A DNA stretch of 55,611 bases, filler included, from Fonticula-like sp. SCN 57-25 (GCA_001724245.1; 2 parts of 2 records of this genome joined end to end with filler, not necessarily neighbours in it); one strand, 5' to 3'. Shown: positions 1-12,079, counted from the whole stretch's first letter. Program-made: numbers and translations. The notes: generated from the letters alone by a model not told the origin.

Positions 1-235
1 CCCGCTTGGCGTGTGCTGGGGCTTCATCGACGGGACGGCGCGGCCCATCTGTCGCCCGACGCGTAACCAGCGCCTGTACTACAGCGGCCACAAGCGCTAC
101 CATGCGCTCAAGTTTCAGCGCGTCCTGACGCCTGATGGCATGATTGCGCAGCTGTACGGGCCGGTTGAAGGGAGGCGCCACGACATGTTCTTGGTGAGAG
201 ACAGTGGCATCAGGATCAAATCTCGTATTCTCTAA
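1..235 (+). mobile_element. PIF/Harbinger-type DDE transposase fragment, running off the window start and truncated at its 3' side
   Basis: Translation CWGFIDGT..RP...QRLYYSGHKRYHALKFQ.V.TPDG.I..LYGPVEGRRHD matches the DDE_Tnp_4/HARBI1 core around the first catalytic Asp. Similarity ends near 212, before the expected GDxxY motif. Confidence 0.85.
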
Positions 236-689
236 ACTTGCGAATAAGCTCGTCTCGCGTGTCGCCCTTCGCGCCGCTCCTATCGGTGCCCCGGTCGACC
301 TCCACTCTGATCGTCCGACCTGGAGTCGCCGCCTTCGGCTGCGGATCGGCGCCCTCGATGCGCCGCGCGTCGTCGGCCGGCCGCGCGTCCCAGTGCACCG
401 ACGCATGGCCGTCCACAACCTTGGCGCGCCACTGTGCGTACGACACAAGGAGGCCGCTCGCGAGGTATGTGTCGTAGCGGCGGCGCTCGGCGGGATCGCT
501 CAGCACCCTGTACGCTTCGGAAAGGTCCTGAAAAGCCGCCGTTAATGCCGCATCGCCGCCGGCATTCCTGTCGGGATGCACGAGAAGAGAGCGCCGGCGA
601 AACTCCGCCGTCACCTGATCCGGCGTGCTGCTCCGGACACACCCGAGCACGCCATAGTAATCCGTCCGCTCCTGGAAAGACCACGACAT
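216..689 (-). CDS. DNAJC12: J-domain co-chaperone, DNAJC12-like
   Basis: DYYGVLGC...HPD J-domain, a central (S/H)VHW motif, and the C-terminal ELIRKFREYEI signature typical of DNAJC12. ATG at 689. Confidence 0.88.
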   Translation of the reverse strand: MSWSFQERTDYYGVLGCVRSSTPDQVTAEFRRRSLLVHPDRNAGGDAALTAAFQDLSEAYRVLSDPAERRRYDTYLASGLLVSYAQWRAKVVDGHASVHWDARPADDARRIEGADPQPKAATPGRTIRVEVDRGTDRSGAKGDTRDELIRKFREYEI

Positions 690-773
690 CGGCCGCTCCG
701 CGCAAGCGGACAACGCAGCGAATTTTATATGATCACGTGCAGTTAATCACGTGTCGTTCGCTGAGCTGCCGCG
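690..773. promoter_or_regulatory. 84-bp bidirectional promoter (DNAJC12/ATP10) with two E-boxes
   Basis: TCACGTG motifs with CACGTG at 734-739 and 748-753, between divergent ATGs. Confidence 0.6.
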
Positions 774-1602
774 ATGCTGCGTCTTGCACCCCGCTGCGCG
801 CGCCTGCTGTCGTCTGCGGCGCCGCCGCCGCCGCCCGCGCCCCACAAGACCAAGGACTTTTGGAATGTTCTCTCGGGGCTCAATTCTTATGTGAAAAAGT
901 TTGTCGCGCGATCGCCCGAAGAGCGCAAGGCAAGCATCGCCAGCCTGTACGCGCCGACCGTCTCTGCTGCTCGCCCGCACGGCGAACACGCTCCTGACCC
1001 CTTTGCTTTCTAGTTCTGAAGAGCTCAACCGCGGCTACTTTGACGACCACGCAGACATGCGCCGTAGCGGCGGGAAACACTCCGAGTCCGCCTTTGACAT
1101 TTTTCCCGCCAAAATCGCGTCGCCCTTTCCCGCGCTTCCTCTGGTCGGCGTGGCGGAATCGACGCCGTCCATTGACTCTCGCGCGCTCTTTTCTCCGTCT
1201 GCGCGCGCGACGCTCGTGCGCCTGAGCTTCCGCGACAGCGCGCGCATCAACCTCGATGCCTTTGCCGCGGCGCTGCCGGCCGGCGTCGCCACGCAGGACA
1301 TTATGTTTGTCGAGCGCGGCGTCTACCGCCTGATGGCGCCCATTATCACCCGTAACCTGCGGGGCAGCCTCAGCCAGGAGGCGCAAAAGTCCACGTGGTT
1401 GTACTTGGGCGATCTCGGCGCGGCGGAGCGGGATGCGCTCGGGATCACCAACCTGCTGGTGGGGTACGTGTACCTTGTCGATGGCGAGGGGCGGGTGCGG
1501 TGGCGCGCGCACGGGGAGCCCACCGAGAGGGAGATTGACTGCTTGCGGAGGGGGGCCGAGGCGCTGCTCAGCGGGAGCGCCGTGAAGAAAGCGAAAAAGT
1601 GA
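774..1602 (+). CDS. ATP10: Mitochondrial ATP synthase assembly factor ATP10 (2 exons; intron 947-1013)
   Basis: Arg/Ser-rich presequence; EELNRGYFDD; C-terminal thioredoxin-like LVGYVYLVDGEGRVRWRAHGEPT motif. The GTACG..TAG intron restores the frame. Confidence 0.88.
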
Positions 1603-1861
1603 GCGGAGCTGTGTATATTTTTGAACAGAACCAACAATGAACGAGGGATTGTAGCGATTGTGAATACATATGTATTTAAACAGACGTTTCTATGAACGTT
1701 TCGTGCACTGCGCCACACCTTTTTTTGATTCACATCAATTCGGTGTATTTATTCATAAGTAGATATATTGTTGCACATGAACAAACCTCATATCGAAATC
1801 ATCATTAACGCGAGTACCATTTGATAATTAATAAATTATTTCCTCTCAACTCTTCAACTTC

Positions 1862-4060
1862 CTACTCGCTTTCAGCAAACTTGCGCGCGAGCACCGACGC
1901 GAGCTCCGAGTCCAACCTGCTGATGGTGCCTGCGCTCGCCGCCGCCATCTTCTTTGCATCAATGGGCCTCAGCGTGGCATAACGACTCGCGATATCGACC
2001 GGCGTTGCGGGCGTCGTAGGCGTGGCAGGCGTGACAGGCTTGGTAGACACCTTGCTCCACGTCGGCGTGTCGGGGCTTGAAGCTCCCGATTGGTCGGCAG
2101 CCCTTGGCGAGACGGGCTTGAGCGTGACGATCGGCGCGGCGAGCTTGGCTGCGTCGGTGCGGCCGCCGACCCTTGTCGCAGTGCGGCGCAGCGTCGCAGT
2201 CCACTCGGGCGTCGCCGCTGCCTTTTCGGCGTCGCTCTTCTGCGTCTCCTTCCACTGGCGGATACTTGCCTCGATGTCTGCCCCGGCGTTGGGGTTGTCC
2301 AAGCGCGCGCGGCGCTTCTGCAGACGCTCCGCAAGCTCGACTTGGGCGCCGCCGCGCGTCGTCTCCTTGAACGCGGCAAAGCCCGTAAAGCGCACATTCT
2401 CAATGTCGCTGGCCGCTATAGAGACTTGCTGGTTTTGCGAAGCGGAATTCTTCATAACTTGAGCCGTCTTGGCTTGCAGCAGGCTCTGGAGGGTCGGCGT
2501 CGAGCTCTCCGACGCGGCAGACGAGCCAGCCGATTCACCAGTCGCGCTTGACGATGGTGCAGACAAGCTTGCAGAAAGCGCAGGAGTGCTGGCAGGTGCC
2601 GTAAACGAGTTTGCGATGAGTCCCGCTGCCTTTGCTGCTGCGATCTGGGCGTCCATTGCAGGGGTGCGGTATTGCGGGATGAGCGCGGACGGCCGCTCGT
2701 TGAGCTCGGATGCACCAATGTCGGAGAGCAGCGCCAGGGTGTTTGTCCAGGGTGTGTAGAACGAATACGTTTGATACATTTTATCAATGTTGCTCGTAGC
2801 AGCCATGAGCGCGGATGTCTTGCTATAGAGCGCCTCTACGGCATCCTTTCCGCGCTTGAGCTGGTACGCGTGAGCGACCGTCGCAGGAGTGTCGCGCCGC
2901 GAGCCATCGGCTGCAGAGACGACCTCATTGGCCGCGAGGAGTCGCTCGCCCTTGGAAATGTCGTCGAGCGCATCAATAAACATATACTGCTTGACGTTGA
3001 CGTATGCATTGAGCAGCGTCTTGGCAACGAGAACGCGCGCCGCCTCGCCGACGACGCCCATGTTGAGCTCGGCATCCGTGCGCGGCGCCCCAGTAGGTGG
3101 AGAAGCAGAGGTGCGCGCGAGAGTCAACGACGGAACGGATGACTCGTCGGTCGATCCGTCGGGAGAGGTCAGCCGCGCGCGGACTGCGACGACGTTGCTC
3201 GCGCTCTCGGGGCTGGCCAGCGCAGGTAGCGTGAGCGGAATGAGGATGTTGCGCTGACGCTCCTCCTCGGCATCCTCAATTGTGATATTTACCACGCTCG
3301 CAGATACGCGCTCGATCTGCTCGCCGTTGCCGACGTGGATGTCGCCAATCACGACGCCGTCCGGCACCGAGACACGGAAGGTGGCCGAGGGGAGCGACGT
3401 AGGAAGGAACGACTGGGCGAGGACGCTCTCGAGAGACGAAAAGATCGAGTCGAGATCGGGCACCGACATGAAGCGACCACGAGGAGCAGTGCTCACAAGG
3501 TACTGTAGGAGCCCCTGGTCGTGACAATCGGTGAACCCGAGCGCCACGAGATTCGGGCGCCACTTTGACACCCGCGAGCACCAAGAAGGGAAGGCGCGAA
3601 CAAGCTCCTTGGGCTGCATGGTGTGGCCATCGGTCATAAGGATCACGGTAGGGCGACGCGCGGGCGAAGAAAGCTCTACTTGAGAAAAGGCAATCTCGAG
3701 GCCAGCACCGATATTGGTGCCGAACGTGGATACGAAAGAGCCAGAAGCACTCCTCCACGTAGACTGCTCCGACGTGAGCGAATACTGCAGTTTGGCAGTT
3801 TCACAAAACGTGATCAAAGAGACGCGATCGAGGTTCGGGCGAATGCAGCGCTCGACAAGAAAGTCGTAAGTTTTGGCAACGCGGTCGATGGGCTCTCCCT
3901 CCATCGACGTCGAGACGTCGATGACGAGAATAATGTCGACGCCCGAGGGATCGGCAAGCTCGCCGTTGCGGAACGAGACCATCGCGTTGGTTTCCACGGG
4001 GACATCATAAGGAGCAGAGCGATGCTCGAGGAGCGCAGACCAGGCCACCTTGCCGGACAT
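1862..4060 (-). CDS. von Willebrand factor A (vWA) domain protein with a low-complexity C-terminal tail
   Basis: DIILVIDVSTSM (MIDAS DxSxS), GTNIGAGL, VILMTDG, LGFTDCHD. Single 732-aa ORF with a Ser/Pro/Thr-rich tail. Confidence 0.85.
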   Translation of the reverse strand: MSGKVAWSALLEHRSAPYDVPVETNAMVSFRNGELADPSGVDIILVIDVSTSMEGEPIDRVAKTYDFLVERCIRPNLDRVSLITFCETAKLQYSLTSEQSTWRSASGSFVSTFGTNIGAGLEIAFSQVELSSPARRPTVILMTDGHTMQPKELVRAFPSWCSRVSKWRPNLVALGFTDCHDQGLLQYLVSTAPRGRFMSVPDLDSIFSSLESVLAQSFLPTSLPSATFRVSVPDGVVIGDIHVGNGEQIERVSASVVNITIEDAEEERQRNILIPLTLPALASPESASNVVAVRARLTSPDGSTDESSVPSLTLARTSASPPTGAPRTDAELNMGVVGEAARVLVAKTLLNAYVNVKQYMFIDALDDISKGERLLAANEVVSAADGSRRDTPATVAHAYQLKRGKDAVEALYSKTSALMAATSNIDKMYQTYSFYTPWTNTLALLSDIGASELNERPSALIPQYRTPAMDAQIAAAKAAGLIANSFTAPASTPALSASLSAPSSSATGESAGSSAASESSTPTLQSLLQAKTAQVMKNSASQNQQVSIAASDIENVRFTGFAAFKETTRGGAQVELAERLQKRRARLDNPNAGADIEASIRQWKETQKSDAEKAAATPEWTATLRRTATRVGGRTDAAKLAAPIVTLKPVSPRAADQSGASSPDTPTWSKVSTKPVTPATPTTPATPVDIASRYATLRPIDAKKMAAASAGTISRLDSELASVLARKFAESE

Positions 4061-4366
4061 GTTGGAATGGGATGTTGCGGCGGCCCATCACTTGCAAACT
4101 TTTATACACCGTCGCGGGATATTATTGGCCAATTACGGCGAGATCGGCTCGAATGGGGCCAATGGAGGAGCGACTTTGACGCCATTAGCCAATAGCAAGC
4201 GCGCGAGGTAGGCAGTCACCACAGTCATCGCGGCAGACCAGTGACACATCTTACTCATCACATGGCTAGATTGCAGTTTGCATTTTATCCACGTGGCCAT
4301 AATTCGCTTCCATTTTCGGCGCTTATCGGGTTCTTTCTCCCACTTGCTTCCTTTCCCCGGTCCGCC

Positions 4367-6527
4367 ATGGCTGCGCTGCTCAAGTTGGCTCGGGCTGCCC
4401 CGGTACGCTCCCCGATGCCCCCATTGTGCTCGTGTGTTGGCGTGTGCACTATGTATAAGTGCAGTTACATATTTCTTAATTCGCTCTGCTTTTCTCCGCC
4501 TTTTGCTCCCTGTCTTTCCGCGCATTGACACCTGACCGTTTCTGCCTCTATAGCTTCGCGCGAGCACCCGCGCGCTTGCTTCGACCCCGAAGAAGATCGG
4601 CAACTACACGGTGATTGACCACGAGTATGACGCTGTTGTTGTTGGTGCCGGTGGTGCCGGTCTCCGCGCCGCTTTCGGTCTCGCCGAGGAGGGCTTTTCG
4701 GTCGCTTGCGTCACCAAGCTCTTCCCGACGCGCTCCCACACCACCGCCGCTCAGGTGTGTTTCGCGTTGCTTTTTACGATTTTATTGCCGCTTTTTGTAA
4801 AGAGAATTTTTGTGGTTTTTGTCCCTTGTTATTCGCCTTTTTTCCCGCGCTCTCATGTGAATTGCCGTGCCTAATGCGCGCCTTGTGTTTTACAGGGCGG
4901 TATCAATGCTGCGCTCGGCAACATGACCGAGGACGACTGGCGCTGGCACATGTACGACACTGTCAAGGGCAGTGACTGGCTCGGTGACCAGGATGCGATT
5001 CACTACATGTGCCGCGAGGCTCCCCAGGCCGTGATTGAGCTTGAGCACTATGGTGTTCCGTTCAGCCGCACGGAGACCGGCAAGATCTACCAGCGCGCTT
5101 TCGGCGGCCAGTCGCTCAAGTTTGGCAAGGGTGGACAGGCGTACCGCTGCGCTGCCGCTGCTGACCGTACTGGCCACGCCATGCTGCACACGCTTTACGG
5201 CCAGGCGCTCAAGCACAACACGACCTTTTTCGTCGAGTACTTTGCGCTTGACCTGCTGATGGAGAACGGCGCCTGCGTTGGCGTGATTGCGATGAACATG
5301 GAGGACGGCACGCTGCACCGCTTCCGCTCGCACAAGACCGTCCTTGCGACCGGCGGTTACGGCCGCGCCTACTTTTCGTGCACGAGCGCGCACACCTGCA
5401 CCGGCGACGGCAATGGCATGGTGACGCGCGCTGGCCTCCCGCTCCAGGACCTCGAGTTTGTTCAGTTCCACCCGACCGGTATCTACGGCGCTGGCTGCCT
5501 CATCACTGAGGGCTCGCGCGGTGAGGGTGGCTACCTTACCAACTCGACTGGCGAGCGCTTCATGGAGCGCTACGCCCCGACCGCCAAGGACCTTGCGTCG
5601 CGCGACGTTGTCTCGCGCGCCATGACTGTGGAGATCCGCGAGGGCCGCGGCTGCGGTCCCGACAAGGACCACATCTACCTCAACCTGCACCACCTCCCCC
5701 CGTCCGTCCTCAAGGAGCGCCTCCCCGGTATCAGCGAGACCGCTCATATCTTTGCCGGCGTTGATGTGACCAAGCAGCCCATTCCCGTGCTCCCTACGGT
5801 GCACTACAACATGGGCGGCATCCCGACGCGGTACACTGGCGAGGTTGTGACCAACAAGGGCGGCGTCGACACGGTCGTGCCCGGCCTGTACGCCGCCGGT
5901 GAGGCCGCGTGCGTGAGCGTGCACGGCGCCAACCGCCTTGGCGCCAACTCGCTGCTCGACCTGGTCGTCTTTGGCCGCGCCGTCGCGCACCACATTACCA
6001 AGACGCTCAAGCCCGGAGAGAAGCTCTCGCCGCTCGCCGCCAACGCTGGCGAGCAGAGCATTGCCAACCTCGACCACCTGCGCTTCAAGAAGGGCGAGAC
6101 GCCCACGGCCGTTCTCCGCGACCGCATGCAGCGCACAATGCAGAACAACGCCGCCGTGTTCCGCACAGAGGAGACGCTCGCCGAGGGCGCCAAGCTCATT
6201 GACGAGGTCGCCAAGACGAGTGAGGACCTTGTTGTCGCCGACAAGGGCCTCGTGTGGAACAGCGACTTGATCGAGACGCTCGAGCTCCAGAACCTGCTCC
6301 TCTGCGCCACGCAGACCATGCACGCGGCGCACCTCCGGAAGGAGAGCCGCGGCGCCCACGCCCGCGAGGACTTCCCCGACAGAGACGACAAGAACTGGAT
6401 CAAGCACACGCTGTCGTACACGGACCCCAAGACCTTCAAGACAGACATCTGGTACAGGCCCGTCATTGGCCACACGCTCGACGAGAACGAGTGCAAGGCC
6501 GTGCCCCCGGTCGCCCGCGTCTACTAG
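4367..6527 (+). CDS. SDHA: Succinate dehydrogenase flavoprotein subunit (exons 4367-4402, 4554-4754, 4896-6527)
   Basis: [16 protein letters not shown] fold; [15 protein letters not shown] covalent-FAD His motif across an intron; [21 protein letters not shown]. Confidence 0.98.
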
Positions 6528-6735
6528 ACGAGCGGCGGATTTGGGATGCGTTAATTCAATATTATAGTAATAAAAATCGTATAACCAAGCATGTTAGTCG
6601 CACATTTTCACACTGAGCCGCTCAATTGATGTGGATTTTGCCAATTATGACACCAAAAGGCGAGTTGAACGATCGAAAGGACCACCAAAAGGATCGCGAT
6701 TCTTGCAAGATTAATCGACTTTGCAGACATCGGCG

Positions 6736-7800
6736 ATGGCCTCTGCAAGCGGTGCAAGGATCCTGCGGGCGTTTCAGCAGGATGATCAGTCTAATTGGCT
6801 GTGCCTGGAATGCAGTCGGCTGCCACCTACGTGCGTAGACATGTACACCCGCGGCCTGGTGTGCACGCCATGCGCCGAAGCCCTTTCCCGCATGCCCAAC
6901 CACCTCGTCAAGGACATGTTGCAAGTGACCGTCGCCGAGGCGCGCGCCGTGCGATCGACCGGCGGCAATCAAGCGATCAACAGGTACTGGATGGCCAACT
7001 TTACGTACCCCTCGCTGGAGCTGCCGATCGGCCTGGCGCACTTTCTGTACCTCAAGTACGAGTCTGCCCTGTGGGTGATCAAGACGGCCGACGAGATGGA
7101 GGAAGGCGGCGGCGCGTACGAGATGCCGCCCGAGGTACTGTGGACGGCGATCATGCACAGGGTGGCGCGGGCAATGGAGGACGTCGACGTGAGACGCGCC
7201 GACGTGATGCGGCTGCAGAGCAGCTTCCCGACCGAGAGCATGATCGCGAGCTGGTCGTACCGCGAGCGGCCAGCGCTCCTCGCCGACTTTGATAAAAAGG
7301 TGCGCTACTGAACATATATTGGAATACGGGCATAGAGAAAGGGCTTGTATTTTTGTATGACATAATATGTGTATGGCGATAAAAATATGCTTGTGAATGT
7401 ATGCTGTTGTTTTATTGGTATTTGTTGGTATACTGGTAGTTATACGTACTGGTATTTTTTCAGGTATTTTTACTGGTTTTTATACTGGCATAAACTCTTT
7501 TATATAATTATGCTGGTGTATATTCTGGCATGTATGCTGGCATTTATACTGGTATTCATACGGCCATTCTATAGTAAAACACCATGACCTTGTCTCTATT
7601 ATGCACTAAGGCGTTTTTAGCGGTCCGCTCTCAATGAAGAGCTGATGCGAATCCAGCTCAAAGTGGACGCCATCGATTGTGAAAACGACTATGAAAAGTC
7701 GTTCAGGAGGGCGCACGTGCACGCCTTGGACGAGCTGTTTGAGGTGCTCACCGGCGTCAAGAACAAGCTGGACGCGGCAAGGGCGCGGCACCATCACTAG
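6736..7800 (+). CDS. Degenerate ArfGAP-type zinc finger fused to a BAG-like domain (exons 6736-7299, 7621-7800)
   Basis: CLEC-x16-CTPC, GGNQAINRYW and FLYLKYE are ArfGAP-fold motifs. A phase-0 intron GTGCG(7300)..CTAA..TTTTAG(7620) joins an exon encoding RSALNEELMRIQLKVDAIDCE..SFRRAHVHALDELFEVL. Confidence 0.7.
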
Positions 7801-8647
7801 AAGAGGCGCAGTTTGAGAAGGAACGACTGAATAATGCACTTTTAGTTTATATATTGATTTTGAACGAATACAATGACCAATGAACCAGTAAAAAGAAGAA
7901 AATGCGATGATTTGATAAGGTAAATGGCTGACTTGACCATATTTTTGTCATTATATGAATGTATTTTGTGTGTTTAACAAGAAAACGTGCTGTTTTTTGT
8001 TATATTTCACCCAGAAAAATTTTGAATATAGCATCAATTCCAGAATGCCTGCTCTATTTCAAAGAGATTGAGCATGGATTCTGATTCAAATGACATAACT
8101 TGGTGGGCTGAAAATGCATCCTCATATTTAACACAATAACTTTTTGACAATAATATAGTCATCATAAGCCCTTTGGTCCATTTTCACTGTTTGATAGTTT
8201 CAATTCATCCTTTTAATGCGCCAAAAGCCGATTTAAAGGCCTGTAAATTCACGATTAATAGGATAATCGACCAATCACAACTCAGTTTTTCTTTTCGCGC
8301 TCTAGCTCACTGTAACGGCTAAAAAACAACCAATATCTTTATTTGATTATGTGTATCATGTAACTGGTACCTACTGCTCTCTTTCTTCTGCTTTTCAGTT
8401 CTTTTTGGCCGCGAAATGCCCCTCATCTTGCTACACGCCATTTCACCTTCATTCACCTCTGATTCCAGAATGACGTTCCGGAACCATCACCCCCACCTGA
8501 TTGGCCATCGTGATGCCTCTCTCGCTTCTGATTGGCTGTTCATTTTTTCCCTTTCGGCGCCCTCGTGTTCTCTCGCTTTTTCCCTAATTTCTTTCCTTTT
8601 GTCGTCTCCCTTTGCGAACAGGTTAGCGCCGAACGAGCACATCAAAG

Positions 8648-9473
8648 ATGGGTCTTGAGAACGTTGACGCCCTCAACTTTTACTTGACTGACAAGTCCTA
8701 CATTGAGGGGTATGCCTTTTTTTGTTTGCGCCTTTGGCGCGAGCGCCGAGCTATGGACGGAAGTGCTTACCACGTGGTTCGTGTAGCTTCCAGCCCTCGC
8801 AGGCCGATGTCGTCGTCTTTGAGGCGTACGCCACCGCCCCCACCCAGGTCCACGCCGCTCGCTGGTGGAACCACATTAATTCGTTCGGTGACAAGCGCAA
8901 GTCGTACGTTGCTCATGCTGAACCCGCTGATGCTGACGCGCATCCCTCGATGCTGCCGATGCTATTTGCGGCAATGTGAATTGTCGATGCTAATCTTTTC
9001 TCCTCTTTAGGTTCGCTGCCGCCGCGCACCCCTCGACCCACTACGTCGGTGCCGACTCTGTCTTTGGCAGCGCTGGCGCCGCCGCCGCTGAGGACGACTT
9101 TGATCTCTTCGGTGATGACGAGGAGGTCGATGCCGAGGCTGAGCGCATCAAGGCCGAGCGCATTGCTGCGTACGAGGCCAAGAAGGCTACCAAGCCCGTC
9201 CTTATCGCCAAGTCGAGCATTCTCTTTGACATTAAGCCGTGGGACGACACCACCGACATGAAGGAGCTCGAGAACCTTGTCCGCGGCATCGAGATGGACG
9301 GTCTCCTTTGGGGTGCCTCGAAGCTTCTCCCCGTCGCCTTTGGCGTCAAGAAGCTCCAGATCATGGTCGTCATTGAGGACGACAAGGTCTCCACTGACGT
9401 TCTTGAGGAGATGATTTCTGAGTTTGAGGACTACGTCCAGTCGGTCGACATTGCCGCCTTCAACAAGATCTAA
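8648..9473 (+). CDS. EEF1B: Translation elongation factor 1-beta (exons 8648-8709, 8787-8903, 9011-9473)
   Basis: [58 protein letters not shown]. Confidence 0.96.
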
Positions 9474-9723
9474 ACGGACAACTGTATCTCTTTCAAATAA
9501 ATCATAAACCAAATGACCTATGAGACTATCGAATCATTTGTTAGTGCTTTCATGAACTCTTAACATGCGCATAGCATCACTGATCAACGTAATACTGATG
9601 CATTACGATGATCAGGGGCCAGCATCAAGGGGCATAACCGAGCACGTCTAAAGTGTGTAATCGAAAGACGCTGTGGCAATACTGAAACCCAAACTGTATT
9701 TACAAAACCAAATGAACAATTCA

Positions 9724-10957
9724 CTACTTGTCCGAAGGAATGAGCTTCTTGCGCTTGGCGAGGCAGCTCGCGCAGAACCACTTTCCCTTTGGCGGCGTCG
9801 TGAGGCCCACGCACGAGTAGTGGAACCACTCAAACGGACACTGCCTTGTGTAAGCAAACTGCAAACCGGCTTTCATATTGCAAGCGTACCAGATTATTGT
9901 CGCAGGCGACCATTTCGCCGAATGACACCTGCTGGCAGATACAGTACAGCGGCTCGCTGGGATCGATCGGTGCATCCGCCGTCTCCTCGACTTCGGTCTG
10001 CTTGCGCTTGCGGCCGGGCGTGCCGCCCTTGTCGCCCGCGGCGGAAAGCGAGCCGGACATGGAAGAGGAAAGGGGGGGCGGCGTGCTTACCGAGGAATCG
10101 ACTCCGGATTTGCGCTCTGGAACAGATGTCAGCATCAGAGCAGAAATGTGACATGAAACAGAAAAAAAAGCACAAAAATAGCCACAAAAGATGCAAATAA
10201 ACACAGCAAAAACAACATTCAAATATCAACAATGCGTACTTTGTAGCTTTTTGTCGATCGCCGCCTGCGCCTCTGCCGAAATGCCTGTGATCCAGCACTG
10301 TGTCAGCACAGCTTTCCTCGATTCCATTGCCCCCGCCCGACACGTACCCTTTTCCCTGAGCTTCTCCTCCTCCATCTCCTGCTCCAACCGCCGGATGTCC
10401 ACCTCGAGCCGCTTGCATTGCCGATCAATCTGCACCAAAATGATCAGCGAATCGAATAGACAATAAGTATACGATACGGCATCAGATAAACTCGAATAAC
10501 GTCACGATACGAAATATACTGTAATGACGCCACAATATATACATGAAATGCGGTGACGTACACTGTCAAAGGCGGCGACGCCGAGGTCGATCTTTTGGTT
10601 TATGAGATCCAGTGCTCGTACATAGTCTGCCTTTATGCTGGGCGGGTTCAGCTCGGCATCCTCGAATTTCGGGTTCTTGCGCTCGGCGCGAAAGTACTGC
10701 GACTGGCGGCGCAGTGTGGACGCCTTTGATTCTGTGCGGCCGGCGAGGATTAGACGCGCAGAGCGGCATGATCACGAAAGTGACGCACCCTGAAAGGCGA
10801 TATCCTTGTCGCGCATGTCCAGCATGCGCTCCCGCAGCTCCGCGGGCATGTGATCAATGCCTGTAAACGCGCAGATTTGTTAAAGACACAGACGGTTTTT
10901 GAGCACAAAGGAGCGCGCGCAACTGGTCACAAAGTCCTCGAGAAAGATCTTTGCCAT
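9724..10957 (-). CDS. Inhibitor of growth (ING) family PHD-finger protein, multi-exon
   Basis: N-terminal [21 protein letters not shown] domain. C-terminal [49 protein letters not shown]. Confidence 0.92.
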
Positions 10958-11089
10958 GGCGACGGTGACAGCAGCTCAGCTCGATCCGAAATTACTTGCG
11001 TGAGACGATTCAGAAATAGTGTTATCGATCAGAAATCGTCTCATCGCGATAGTTTCGCCTTTTTGCTCGCGTTTGTTTTCGCAGCGGCC

Positions 11090-11746
11090 ATGTCGGCGGC
11101 GGGCGCGGTTTCCCCGGTGGATCTCTCTGCGTTTGATCGCTTTATTGAGTCAAATGCTGCCGAGCAGGTTCGTCCGCTTCTCCTTTACCTCTTCTCTGTT
11201 CTCACTCGCCGCGCTGTCCTGTAGTTTTGCCACGACATTGTGAATAAGCATTGCGGGTCGTCCTGGTCCGGGCTGGGCCCGTACGCGCGCATCCTCCCTG
11301 CCTCGCAGCTGAAGCAATTTGTGGACGACTTTGAGTCTCTTTTGCGCACGCTCTCTGGCCTTGCTCTCTCCTCGCCGTCCGCCTCCTCTGCGGCCGACAT
11401 TTCTGCTGCCATTTCCACGCATGCGACGCTCCCGGCCGAGGCCGTCCCCGTCATCAGCCAGGTGGTCGCCGCGCGCAAACCTGAATTGCAGATTGCAGCG
11501 CTCGAGTCGGTGTCGCGGATATCCGGGTCGCCGCAGCTCGTCGACTTTGACTGGAAGGTGCAGCTGGCGGTGTCGAGCAGCAAAAAGGCCGTGATCAACA
11601 CGCCGCTCCTCATGCTCACGCTCTGGGTGAGGGATGCCCAGGGGACGCGGTCATCGATCGAGGTCGAGATGGGGCTTGAGCAGCTCGATGACATTATCGC
11701 CACGCTCGACAAGATCAACAAGGCCAGGATCGAGCTCAAGGTTTAA
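11090..11746 (+). CDS. COMMD8: COMM domain protein, COMMD8-like (intron 11168-11224)
   Basis: LVDFDWKVQLAVSSSK...PLLMLTL...IEVEMGLEQLDDIIATLDKINK COMM domain, closest in pattern to COMMD8. Confidence 0.8.
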
Positions 11747-12079
11747 AGATCGTCCGGGCAGCACATGTACAGAAACGCAATAGATTCCGTGTTGAGCACC
11801 GAGCCAATACATTAAAGTATGTTATTCGACAAAATTGTCATTCTTGAAGTGTCATATTTGACAGTGCCATATTGGATAAAAGAGGCCATTTATTCAATAT
11901 TGCCTCATTGAAACGTCACTATTGATGCACAATTCTTACTGTTCGACCCAGTGTCAATCTCAATTTAAGATGCGGAAATAGCACAGGGTGATAGTCATTA
12001 TTTGCTCAAATGAAAGATGAACTGTACAAGAGAGGAAAAACAATAAAGAAAACCGAAAAAATTGCCGCCTTTTCCGCGT

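Noticed and set aside
4890-6473. 527-aa minus-strand ORF
   Set aside because: Antisense shadow of SDHA caused by strong codon bias; no independent motifs.
7801-8450. AT-rich stretch checked for a MITE, tRNA or ORF
   Set aside because: No terminal repeats, cloverleaf or credible coding signal visible.
8904-9010. Possible intronic snoRNA in EF1-beta, a known snoRNA host gene in yeast and vertebrates
   Set aside because: Only GATGCT-type repeats; no properly placed RTGATGA C box with a terminal CTGA D box and stem.
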